Positions 24,919 through 36,615 of a stretch of DNA of 64,000 nt are shown here, one piece after another. The first letter of the stretch is position 1. Each line of letters starts with the position of its first letter. A program made the translations under genes and the position numbers. Below the pieces are notes generated by a model. The model was not told where the DNA came from. It did not search any database and saw only the letters and a program-made list of their open reading frames with translations. The stretch comes from Carcharhinus longimanus (Eukaryota), in NCBI GenBank assembly GCA_030264375.1, contig JASCQW010000032.1:30241016-30305015 (forward strand). The letters are read 5' to 3'.

Positions 24919-25235
24919 GGGTGGCTCAGTAGCACAGTGATTAGTCCTGCTGCCTCACAGTGTCAGGGACCTGGGTTCAATTCCAACCTCAGGTCACTGT
25001 CAGTGTGGAATTTGCACTTTCTCCCCAAGTTTGTGTGAGTTTCCTCTGGGTGCTTTGGTTTCCTCTTACACTCCAAAGGTGTGTGTGTTAGGTAGACTGG
25101 CCATGCTAAATTGACCATAGTGTCAGGGGATTAGCAGGGTAAATAGGTGGGGTTATGGGAATAGGGCCTGGGCGGGATTGTGGTCAGTGCAGACTCAATG
25201 GGCCGAATGGCCTTCTTCTGCACTGATTGTATGAT
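24919..25235 (+). mobile_element. HE1-type SINE
   Basis: Head with GGGTTCAATTCC B box, V-domain body, CR1-like tail. Confidence 0.9.
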
Positions 25236-25270
25236 CAATATAACAAGCTATGTGGATAGTGGAGATCCTG

Positions 25271-25590
25271 TAGAATCCCCATAGTGCAGGAGGTGGCCAT
25301 TTGGCCCATCTTGTCTGTACCAACCACAATCCCACTCAGGCCCTACCCCCATAACTGCGTGCACCCACTCCAGCCAGTCCCCCTGACACTAAGGGGTATT
25401 TTGGAAGGCCAATCCACCTAATCCGCACATCTTTGGACTGTGGGAGGAAATCAGAGCACCCAGAGGAAACTCACGCAGACAAGAGGAGAATGTGCAAACT
25501 CCACATAGACAGTGACCCAAGCTAGGGATCGAACCTGGGTCCCTGGCACTGTGAGGCATCAGTGCTAGCCACTGTGTCACCGTGCCGCCC
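25271..25590 (-). mobile_element. HE1-type SINE
   Basis: Reverse complement starts GGGCGGCACGGTGACACAGTGGCTAGCA with B box GGTTCGATCCC. Confidence 0.92.
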
Positions 25591-26455
25591 AAAGATGTTG
25601 ATAGATAGATGTTGTATTTCTGAACTTCCAGAAGGCGTTTGATAAGGTTAGACAAGGTTAGTTCATATGTAATTAGGGATAAGTTATTAGCTTGGATAGA
25701 GGATTGGTAACCAACAGAAAGAAGAGAGTCAGGATAAATGGGTCTCTTAGGTTGGCAAGATGTAATTAGTAGGATGCCACAGAGTTCGGTCATCGAAGCT
25801 CCAATTATTTACAATCTATATTAATGACTTGGATGCAGGGATTGTAGGTATCATAGCCAAATTTGCAGATGACAGCATAGTAGGTTGTGAGATTGAAATA
25901 AAATGGATATGGATAGGTTAAATGATAGATGGAGTTTAATGTGGATAAATGTGAGGTTATCCATGTTGGTAGGAAAAATGCAAAGACAGATTATTATGTA
26001 AATGGAGAGGAACTTCATAGTGCTTAGGTGCAGAAGGATTTGTCTGTTCGAGCATGAATCGCAGAAAACTAGTATGCCAGTGCAGCAGGTAATAAGGAAG
26101 GCAGGTAGAATATAGGTACTTATTGCTAAAGGAATAGAATATAAAAATGAAGTTTTGCTGCTACAGTACAAAGCATTAGTGAGACTGAACTTAGAATATT
26201 GTGTACAGTTTTGGTCCCCTTAATTGAGGAGGGGTATATCACATTGGAGATGGTTCAGAGGAGTTTCATTAGATTGATTCCAGAGATGAGGGGGTTGACT
26301 TATGAAGAGAGATTGGGCAGTTTAGGCCAACACTCCCTGGAATTTAGACGAATGAGGGGAAATTGACAAAGTAGACATGGTGAGGATGTTTCCTGTAGTA
26401 GGGCAATATAGAACAAGATGTCATAGTTTTAGGGTAGCAGATTTTAAAACTGATA

Positions 26456-26741
26456 GGTGACACGGTGGCACAGTGGTTAGCACTGCTGCCTCACAGCACC
26501 AGGGACCCGGGTTCGATTCTGGGCTTGGATCACTGTCTGTGCAGAGTCTGCATGTTCTCCCTGTGTCTGCATGGGTTTTCACCCACAGTCCGAATGACAT
26601 GTTGGTTAGGTGCATTGGCTAAATTTTCTCTCAATGTACCCAGACACTGGAGTATGGCGACTACCAGATTTTCACAGTAACTCCATTGCAGTGTTAATGT
26701 AAGCCTACTTGCAACACTAATTAATAAACTTTAAAAAAAAA
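26456..26741 (+). mobile_element. HE1-headed SINE with an alternative (non-CR1) 3' tail
   Basis: HE1 head GGTGGCACAGTGGTTAGC..GGGTTCGATTC, but tail TTTTCACAGTAACTCCATTGCAGTGTTAATGTAAGCCTACTTG..AATAAAC plus A-run. Confidence 0.88.
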
Positions 26742-27788
26742 GATGAGGGGAAATTACTTGTCTCAAAGGGTCATGAGAATGTGGAATTCTTCATCCCAGA
26801 GTGTGATGGATGCTGGGACTTCGAGTAAATTTAAGGAAGAGATGCTCAGATTTTTAATTAGTTAAGGTTTGAAGGACAATGTGAATGGGCAGGTAAGTGG
26901 AGTTGAGGCTGACATGAGATCAGCCATGGTTGTATTAAATGGTGGAGCAGTCTTGAGGGGCTGAATTGCCTACTCCTGCTCCTACTTTTTATGATTCTTA
27001 TGATCCTCCTTGTCACTTCCTCAAAGAATTTAATCAAATTTGTAAGGTATGACCTTCTTAACAAAACCACACTGACTATCCATGCCTTTCTAAGTGAATT
27101 TATCCAATCTCTTAGGATTGATTCTAATAATTTGTCCATGACTGAAGTAAGACTAACTGGTCTATAATTGCTTGACATTTCCTTTGTACCTTTTTAAACA
27201 ATGGAATCATATTTGCATTCATCTAGCACTTCAACTATTTCCCCTGAAGATTGGAAAATAATCCTCAGAGCATCTGCTATTTCTATCCTGACCTCCTTCA
27301 ACATTCAGGCATGGATTCCAACTCCTCTAACAATTCCTCTCTTGTTATGATTATTTTATCCAATATTCCACACTGCTCCTCTTGGATTATTGTGTCCACA
27401 TCATCCTTTTCCTTTGTGAATACGGAGACAAAAATTCATTTAAAACTCTTCCCATATCTTCTGCATCTTCGCACAAATTTTCTTCTCCATCTCGGATAGG
27501 TCCGCTTCCTTCTTAACTGTCCTTTTGCTTTTTATATGCCAGTAAAACATCTTGGGGTTTCCTTTATCTTGCTTATTAATATTATTTCATGCCCTCTTTG
27601 ATTTCCTTATTTCTTTTACTTGATCCTGTACTTTCTGTACTCCTCTAGGCTATTGGCAATGTTAAGATTTTTGTGACTATCATGAGCTTTCTTTTTCTGT
27701 TGAATCTTCCCCTGTATTTGTCTAAACAACTTGGGGTTCGAGATTTGCCAGTACCATTCCTATTTGTGGAGGGACATGTCTGCTTTGT

Positions 27789-28088
27789 AAAGTTTTTAAA
27801 GTTTATTAGTGTCACAAGTAGATTACACTACAGTGAAGTTACTGTGAAAATTCCCCAGTCATCACACTCCAGCACCTGTTTGGGTACACCGAGGGAGAAT
27901 TTAGCATGACCAATGCACCTAACCAGCACATCTTTTGGACTGTGGGAGGAAACCAGAGCACCCGGAGNNNNNNNNNNNNNNNNNNNNNNNNNNNNNNNNN
28001 NNNNNNNNNNNNNNNNNNNNNNNNNNNNTTGAACCTGGGTCCTTGGCGCTGTGAGGCAGCAGTGCTAACTACTGTCTACCATGTCGTC
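27789..28088 (-). mobile_element. HE1-headed SINE with the alternative tail (spans a gap)
   Basis: Reverse complement matches 26456-26741 in head and tail. Confidence 0.85.
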
Positions 28089-29269
28089 TTTAGGATCTCA
28101 CGTATTAGTGCTTCCCGCTGGTTTACCATTGATTTATGCTTTAACAGTCTTGTCCAGTCCACCTCAGTCAAATCATTTCTCAGTTTTGTAAAATTTGCCT
28201 TCCCCCAGTTTAAAACATTTATTCCTGATTTATCTCTATCCTTTTCCATAATAATATCAAATCTAACTGAATTGTGGTCATTATCCCCTGTATGATCGCT
28301 CACTTTCACTTCACCCACTTGCCCATCTTCATTCCCCAAGAGAAAATCTAGAGTTGTGTCTGCTCTCGTTGGACTTGTATTGTTTAAGAAAATTCCTGGA
28401 CACAGTACACGAATTTTTCACCCTCAATGTCTCTTCCATTGTTTGACCCTCAATTGATTTTGGGTTAGTTAAAGTCTGCTACTATTATTGCCCTCTTATT
28501 CCTACAAGCTGAAATTTGCCTACATATAAGTTCTTCTATCTCTCACTATTTGGGGGTCTGCAGTATGTCCCCAGTAGTGTGATTGCCCCTTTATTCCTAA
28601 GATCAGCCCATAAAGCTTCATCTGTTAACCGTTTCGTATATATATCATCCTTTCTCACAACTGTAATTGATTCTTCAACCAATAATGCTACTAACCTTTT
28701 TCTGTCACTCACACTATCCTGCCTGAAAACTCTATATCCAGGGATGTTGAGCTGTCAATTTCGCCGCCCTTTTAGCCAAGTTTCCGTTATATATAGCAAC
28801 AACATCGTGCTACCATGCGTTTGCGTGTGCCCTTATTTCATCTGCCTTGTTTGTAACACTTCTTGCTTTGAAATATAAACAGCTCAACCGCGTTGAGTAA
28901 TCTTAGAAGTCATACACATAATTCTCCTGATTTTAGTTTATTACATCTAGAATATAATGTGAATTAACTACGCCACTCAGAAGGGAATGCAGGAGAAGAA
29001 TGTTAACAATGAATGACACATTCCACACTCCTTCCATTTAAAATGTATTCCAAAATTTTATTTATTTATGGGGGGGGGGGTGGGCGAAGAGGGGGCTGAC
29101 CACTAGGTTATAATAATTGACGCACGTTTATTTCATTTCTCAGCCACTAGTTCAAACACACGGAATTTCGCTGGTTAGAATGAGTTAATATAAAACACAC
29201 TTAAAACATGAAGCCAGGTTGCGAAAGTTTGTGCAATTTCATGGCCAGCGTTTAGGAATGTATCAGTTT

Positions 29270-29610
29270 ACTGTGTACTGTAAACATAGCTGTCATGTGG
29301 AAATAGAACAGTCTTGTTCCTGGTGAATAAATGCGCGATTTCTGTCCTGATGCATTAATCGCTTCTAATAATGACAGGCTTAAAAATATATATTTGACTG
29401 AAGTCATTGCTCAAAGTTCAGCTGCAGGGGGATTAAAGTTTATTAAGCTTCCGATTGATTTACAAAAGCTGAGATACAAGGTATCATTGGCATTTACTCG
29501 CCTGATAAGATGAAACTAGTTATCTCTGCGGTAGCAGTACCAATTTATTATCGTAATTTATTGTGTGCAGGGCCTGGTTTATGCTGATTTATACAGCACC
29601 ACCCTTTTGG
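29270..29610. promoter_or_regulatory. Candidate conserved enhancer (Pbx-Hox/Meis motif cluster)
   Basis: CTGTCA 29290, TGACAG 29372, TGATTTAC 29456, TGATTTAT 29585 and several TAAT in non-repetitive CpG-retaining DNA. Confidence 0.45.
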
Positions 29611-29757
29611 AAGTAGTCTGCACACCTTCGCAAGTAAAATGTAAATCACCTCCCCGTTTTTGTATATAAATACTGATCGTCATTAGTAGCTGAAGTATTT
29701 GTCTACCTTTGAAAAATTGTGGTCGAAATGTACACCGAATTTCAAAGAACAAAGAAA

Positions 29758-29850
29758 AACGTTTGCATTTGTATAGCATCTTTCAGTGCCTCGGACGTTT
29801 CAGAGCACCTTTTATAGCTTTATTTCAGTATATTCACCATTCTAATAAAG
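29758..29850 (-). mobile_element. DeuSINE/L2 tail fragment
   Basis: TTGCATTTGTATAGCATCTTTCA..CCTCGGACGT resembles 13257-13310. Confidence 0.55.
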
Positions 29851-32207
29851 GAAGTTGTGAAAAGATAGCGTAAAAGGGAGATTTGAAATGAGTTTTACTT
29901 AGCTTTTTTAAAACTGGGCATTCTATCTATTTTACTTATCTAAGCACATTGCAAGATAGATCCAGGTCAATATTCGCAAAAAAGCACGATCCGATTACTT
30001 TATTACAGTTCATTATATCAGAATGGAAACAGAAATCAAAGCGGAGGTGGAACATGGATAACTGCTGCAACATTAATTTTATAATTTATCAATTACAGAA
30101 AATAAATATTAGAATGAGACAACATTTCACCATAAATGTTCTTATAAATTCAGTTCATTAAGATCAGTGTTTACTCTACGCTAGCCTGATTCAAAATATT
30201 CACGTACAGGTAAACCTTCGGTTATCGATACGAGATTTTACTGAAAAGTTTGTAGCAGTTTTTATACCTGTTAAGCTGATGCACATGTAGCCGACGCTAC
30301 TTACGTAGATGGTTAGGATTATATTCATATATTTTAGCTAACTGTCTGTCCTGGGATAAGGTCTCAAGCGAACCTCCCTGATTTTTCTAACCTTGAACTG
30401 GTTCCACTAGTTCTTCTTGACTGGGCTATTAATTTTTATGGATATTTTCTTTAAAAACAACATTCATATTGTCCAAGGCAGTAAACCATATGTGCACCTA
30501 TGGGGCTGTAACGTTTGACATAGCAAGCAGATAGATGCTCCTAGGAGGATAAAGGATTTTCTGTGTCCTGTTTGGACAACCGGTCGTGGCCCACTCCAAT
30601 ATCCTGCTTCCTTCTGATAGAGAAATTCTTGGTATATGTTCAAAATAGCAAGATTCTGGTTTCATCAAAACACAGCAATATCAGACCACAGGTTATATCC
30701 ACAATAAAACTGCATGTTTCCGTCCAACCGCTGTTGGGCAAATTGCTGAAATCGATACGACATGTCTTTTTAGTCCTACTACAGTGCATTGGGTGCAACA
30801 CTCAAAATTTCATTGTGGAGTTGTTTTTATATTGTCCATATTCCCTATTAACCGTATCATGGATCAGCATTTTGTATGATGCGTTTAAACGAATACGAAA
30901 ATAAAACGTCCCATTGTGCGCTTAATTGTAACTGTCCATCTGATATGTTTGCTATTTAATCAAAATAATGGAGGTATGCATATATCGATTAAATAGGATG
31001 TAATAATTATAGATTTAATCGGTTAAACAAGGAACTAGCTGGTAGATAGGATTGGAATCGCCACAGAACACGGATAAAGTGATTAACATATGGTAACACC
31101 ACCAACAAAGGATTTAATTAGGTGAGTTGAAAGTCTACCTTACAAATAGTGCTGTAAATGAAAAGACATGTTGCTGCAAAAACTGCATAAACCACGATAG
31201 TTCTGTTTTGCAAGATATTTAAGATTTTTAGAATGAAGAGGAACATGTTATTTGGCTGCGGGGCGAGCTAATACTCAATTGTAAGATCGACTCGACACAA
31301 TTTTAAGTTTTGTTTATAATTGACTATTTCATTACATCCAGCACTTCAGTCCGACGGGTGGATATGAGCTGATTTTAAATGACAATTACGGCAAAAGTAA
31401 AAAGCGATCATTCATATATTTATGTTGTGTGACTTGCCTTCTCAACAATTAATTCCCGAGAGAACATTTCTGAGCATATGGATAGAAAACTTCTCCAGAT
31501 CAGATGAATTTGAACTAGACCTTGTAGGGGAACTAAAAGTTGGATTAGTCCCATCGAATTACTGCAAAATTTGAATTCATTCATCTTTTCTTAATTATTA
31601 ATTACCCATACTACTTAATTATTTACTTTTTGAAAGCTTGAGACGTGTTCCATTAATTCAACGTTAAATTCTGCTTCTGTGTTGTACTACTGGTTTATAA
31701 AACAATAAAAATATGTTTCTGCTATTTAAAGGACAACACAATACATTTTAAAAACTAGATTTGAAATTGCCAGAAAGAAGACCTGTTTCTTGAATACTAT
31801 ATTGTGTGGTGAGATTAATCCCACTGTTGTAACACATTGACAGATTATTATGGTGAATAAAAATGTATTATAAAATCATGAGAAATATGTAAATATTGAG
31901 TTCTGCAGCTTAAAAATTATTTAGATACTTGATTTTAGAAGTAGCTAAGGAATACTAAAATGTACGTTGCGAGGTTATTATGACTTACGCTTATAAAAAT
32001 TGGAGATCCAAAAGACTAAACATTGTAACAAACTTTCTGCAATGCATTAGCAAATGTGACTTATTCAATGTTTGCTGAATATTTACAGTGCAGTATTGAG
32101 ATAATGTATATTTTACTGGGAATTATACAAGTTGATTTTTCTATAGCATTTCTCCCCTTTTCAAGACATTGCAAGGTGGTTCATAACCAATGAATGACAC
32201 CTGAAGT

Positions 32208-32233
32208 TTGTGTGTGTGTATGTGTATGTGTAT
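32208..32233. repeat. Imperfect (TG)n microsatellite
   Basis: tgtgtgtgtgtatgtgtatgtgta. Confidence 0.7.
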
Positions 32234-32439
32234 AATAAAATTAATGTAACTTAAATTAAGTTATTTTTGTTTCAGTGTTTCTTACGGACATTAGATTGTC
32301 TGATAAGATAATTCACCAAGACAAGACAAACTGAAACAATCTCACAATAATTATCTGTCAAAGTCTTACAAGAGTAGCATCCATCTCATGTCACAATAGT
32401 CTGCTTAGTGATTTTAATGTAGCCTAGCATCTAAGAGAT

Positions 32440-32950
32440 TGGGCTAATGTAGAAAGGAGAGTTAGGGGCAGTGACTGAAGATGTGGTTGAAACAGTAAGA
32501 TTTGACTAAGGTCTTGGAGGCAAGCAAGGTGGAAGGGCTTAGGGACAGAAATCCAGAGTGCAGGAGCATGATCAATGAAGACTTTGTCTTTAATAGTAGA
32601 GAATAGCTATTGTAGGGGTGGGGGGAAGTGGAATAGCACAGGTTTGGAAGAGTGGTGGTTGTACATTGGCAGATAGGGCCAGAGGAAGTTGCTGAGATCA
32701 TGCAGTAAGGCCATATATGGATCTAATGAGTTATTAAATCAGTGCAGGTTGGAGAGCCATTTGGGATCATTATTGTTTGGAGGATAAGTAATCTGGGATT
32801 AGTATGGAGTCTTTAGAGGTTGATGAAAAGAGCACTGGAAAAGTTGAGTCTCGAAAGAATAAAGGCATTCAGCAATAATGGTAATTATTAACAACAGGAA
32901 TGGGCAGTGTTCAAAGATGGATGTGGTTGATCTATTTGATTCATTATATT
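32440..32950 (-). mobile_element. Old L2-like LINE 3' remnant
   Basis: Minus reading SGFLSLSP..KTLVKSYCFNHIFS resembles the L2 C-terminus (WNSLP..FKTLLKTYLF). Confidence 0.5.
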
Positions 32951-34257
32951 ATGGGAAGTTGAAATGACTGTTCGAGATTAAACAAGATACCACAATTATA
33001 CTGCATAAAAGATATGGCAGAGCAAGCATTTGGATGATTATATGTAAATAATTTTGTGAAATAGCTGAAAAGGGTAGCTTCAGATTTGTTGAAGTTAAGA
33101 TTGGTGCTTAGATGCTTTTTGAGGTGGTGAAATAAGATGCTAATAAATTATTTCATGAACATTCTCAAAGTCAAACTAGCCCATATTAACTGTTTGCTAC
33201 CATTCCAAACAAATGTTTTAGCATTTCCCATTGTGGTTTTTTAAAATTCTCATGGGTGTTTGAGTCTTCTCTGGGTGTAGTTGACCAGCTTTTAGAAGCC
33301 ATTGCTTCTTCTTCAAAATGAGGGAGCTGTCTTTACAATATTAGAGTGCCAAAATTCTGGGTAGAGCACATTGCCAGGCATATCATACAGGATATTCCTT
33401 CCTGAATCTTGGTTTCTGTAATTGTCCGTCTTAATTTTGTAAATTATTATTTGCAAATCTGTAAATTATCAGAACAATCCTCTGAATGAATTTGTAAAAA
33501 TAAGTTACAAGAAAATAATTAAAACTGACATGATCCTGAAGAAAGAGAACTTTCTTCCCCATGTTAACTCATAGGCTCCTGCTTTTCCAGGGAACTAAAT
33601 TAGTTTCTGGTAGTGCACAAGTTAAAATAAATGGATTAATAATCATGGTAAAATAACACAAAATATTTTTTATCTTAAGTGGTGCATTACCAGAGGGAAA
33701 TTGGAACTCTTGCAGTTTGAATGAATGACCCTTTCAAATGCTTGATAAGTGAGTGCATAAGGTTATCTAATTCGACTCTAATGAACTTTTAGCATGGTAA
33801 AGGTCCAACAATGTTCTTCAAAGACATTTCATGAAAAGCTTGCTCCAAAATCACATAGTCATTTTTCCCTCACTTTAAGGCAACTTTAGCCTGGGGCTAA
33901 CCTACTATTTCACAATATACCTACAGACAGCAAGCTCATTTCAGTTAAGACAATAACAGTAAAAGTTAGGAACATATTTTCCTCTTTTTGTTGAATAAAC
34001 AGGTGAATAGCTTGGGTTACCTAGCATCTTGAGATCTGCTCAAACTGATGAATTTGCAGAATGCAACCTCAAAACAAATGATTCATTTGCATGCAGTTTT
34101 ATTAAGGAATAAAAAATTGAACCAATCACCATGATCTCCTTGTACTAATGTTTCTTGAAAAGTTCTCAAGCAGCTAACAAGTTACTTGATTGATTCATTG
34201 AAAGTTCATTTATTCAGTTGCACAGTGATTATTTGCAGAGAATGATTTTTGGACCAG

Positions 34258-34655
34258 GCTATGGAATTTAATGTTGGCAAATGTGAGGTTGTCCACTCTG
34301 GAAGGAATAATGGTAGGAAGGACTATTACTTACACGGCGAAAAACTGCAGCAAGCGACGGTGCAGAGGGACCTCGGGGTCCTTGTGCATGAGTCGCAAAA
34401 ACCCAGCCTGCANNNNNNNNNNNNNNNNNNNNNNNNNNNNNNNNNNNNNNNNNNNNNNNNNNNNNNNNNNNNNNNNNNNNNNNNNNNNNNNNNNNNNNNN
34501 NNNNNNNNNNNNAAGGGGATTAAGGGTTATGGGGAGAGGGCGGGAATGTGGAACTGAGACACGACAGATCAGCCATGATCTTATTGAATTGCGGGGCAGG
34601 CTCGAGGGGCTAGATGGCCTACTCCTGCTCCTACTTCTTATGTTCTTATGTTCTA
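34258..34655 (+). mobile_element. Young CR1 copy collapsed across a gap
   Basis: MEFNVGKCEVVH..VQRDLGVLVHESQK before the gap; 3' UTR with (CTTATGTT)n tail after it. Confidence 0.92.
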
Positions 34656-35169
34656 TAGAAGCACTGATGCCCATAAGACTGCAGCATGATAAAGTTTTTT
34701 TTGGTGGCGAAGGATATAATTTAAATATCCTAAGGACACAACAAGCAATTGCACTTTGTCACTGAAAGAATGAATGCAGTATGAAGGTGCTGACGAGATT
34801 TCACAACTTAAGAACAAGAAAATTTTCTTGTTCTGTTTTCTCCTGGCATGTGGATGAAATTGATGAGGCTGCATTTATTGCCCATCTCTACTCATTCTCC
34901 TTCTCTTTGAACGAACTGTTGTAATCTTTTGCCATGGAAAGTTGTTAGGCAAAGAATTCCAGAATATTGATTTTACACTGATGAAAATACAATAATACAT
35001 GTATAAATCAGGAAGGTGCATAAATTGGAGGGAAGTTTGTAAGTACTGATGTTTCTGCAATATTTTGCTTTGGGAACAGAGATTGCAGGGGAGGGAGCTA
35101 CTATTAAAGTAACCTTGGATAATTACTGCAGAGTAAACTGTAGATGCTTAAAAATATCTCCATGGCCCC

Positions 35170-36615
35170 AGGATATCACTGCTCAGGCTAGTATTTATAC
35201 CCATCCCTAACTGCCCTTCAGAATGTGGTGTGGAACTGTCTTCTTGAACAGCTGCAGTCCATGTACACCCACAGTTAGGGAGGGATTTTGTCCCAACATC
35301 AGAGAAGAATGGTAATATTGGGGGTGATTCTCCCAGTAGTGCTGAATTGGTGAGAAAACTATGACGGTTTCTTCAGTGCAATTTCAGACATGGATCTCCC
35401 CATGAATCTCCTCATGAACATGGGAGTGCAGTTTCAGACATTTCAGTGCAATGCCTGAAATTGCACTGAAAAAAGTCAGTTTTTTCTGCGCAATGCAGAG
35501 GCCACAATTTTGAATCTCATTAAAAACCTGTGAGGCGGGGCCTATTCACGCTGGAGTCTGGCAGTTCCGGAACTCTGTGCATGCACAGTGGCCCCAATCT
35601 GTTAGTCCCCCTGTTTGCTGGCCATTTCAAATGCTGGCTAGCCCGGGACCCCCACAGTATACTCCTCCAGCCTCCTCCCACTCTCCACCCCCACGCCAAT
35701 TCCCAGGCCAGCCCCCATCGCACAGGCTGGTACTGCCAGGTGCCTATGCCCACAGGCACCACCACCCCATTACCTGATCCCCTTCGGGGCTCTGATTGCC
35801 TCCCTTCACTCCAGCAGGGTCTCCTGATAGTTCCCCAAATGTGGGGAACTACTCTAAACCCTGCTGGAATGAAATACTCTTGATGGGTTGGGAGGTGTGG
35901 CAAGTTCTGTGCTGAGCCCAATAATGACATTTAAAATACATTTAAAACCACTTATCTCTCTTCCTGCCAGTTTCCAGCACGGTCCCGACTGTGCCTTTCC
36001 CTGGCTCTGAGAGACCGGGAATCCTGCGAAATAGCCAACACACGATTTTCCGGACCAGATCTGCCAGAATTGCACCCATTGTCCCATGTCAGGAATGTTT
36101 GTGACTTGAAGGGGAACTTGCTGTTGATAGTGATCCCATGTATCTGCTGCCCTTTCCCTTCTGTGTGGTAGGATTTGAAGGTTTTTTTGATGGAGCCTTG
36201 GTGAGTTGCTACAGCACATCTTGCAGATGGTACACACTGCTGCTACTTCATCCAGTGGTGGAAAGAGTGGATGTTGGACGTAGTGAATGGAGCGCCAACC
36301 AAGCAGGTTGCATTGCCCTGGATGCTGTTGAGCTTTTTGATTGTTGGAGCTGCACTCATGCAAGGAATTGGAGACTATTCCATCACACTCCTGACTTATG
36401 CCTTGTAGATGGTAGATAAGATTTGGGAAGTCAGGAGATGAGTTACTGTCCTCAGAGTTCCCAGCCTCTGACGTGCTTATGTCACCACTGTATTTATATG
36501 GTGAGTTCAGTTCAGCTTCTGGTCAATGGTTCCCACAGATAGTGGGGGTTTCAGCAATGGCAATGCCATTGAATGTCATGGGGGAGATGGTTGGAATCTC
36601 TCTTGTTGGAGAATT
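35170..36615 (-). mobile_element. CR1/L2-group LINE 3' portion, interrupted by a MITE
   Basis: Tail CCCATCCCTAACTGCCCTT, C-terminal AAVCTICKMCCSNSPR (ORF 35854-36363); contiguous across the insertion. Confidence 0.85.
35320..36077. mobile_element. Non-autonomous Harbinger/PHIS-like DNA element, 3-bp TSD ATT
   Basis: Ends GGGGGTGATTCT / AGAATTGCACCC with ATT at 35317-35319 and 36078-36080; subterminal inverted repeat. Confidence 0.75.

Larger units (their letters stand above)
24733..27002 (+). mobile_element. CR1 RT to 3' UTR, nested in the opposite-strand CR1
   Basis: FKKG..GNYK..VGKLLESII..QHGFMKGKSCLTNLLEF, KFADDS, LEYCVQFWSP, tail CCTACTCCTGCTCCTAC; ATCCT at both junctions. Confidence 0.9.
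23450..28875 (-). mobile_element. Long CR1 (endonuclease to 3' UTR), split by a nested opposite-strand CR1 and SINEs
   Basis: EN motif GDNDHNSVRF (28076-28339), NYRPVSLTS..FFEEVTRRI (ending ~27003) continuing as DNAVDVVDMDFSKAFD (from ~24732), LYKTLVRP, 3' tail at 23450. Confidence 0.9.

Noticed and set aside
26456-26530. tRNA gene-like A/B boxes (also at other SINE heads)
   Set aside because: They continue into SINE bodies and lack a complete cloverleaf and terminator
30941-31006. miR-190-like start TGATATGTTTG with a nearby 10-bp stem
   Set aside because: The match ends after 11 nt and the stem does not pair the putative mature arm
35520-35930. Overlapping 117-136 aa ORFs
   Set aside because: They lie in the GC-rich interior of a non-autonomous DNA element and have no recognisable domain
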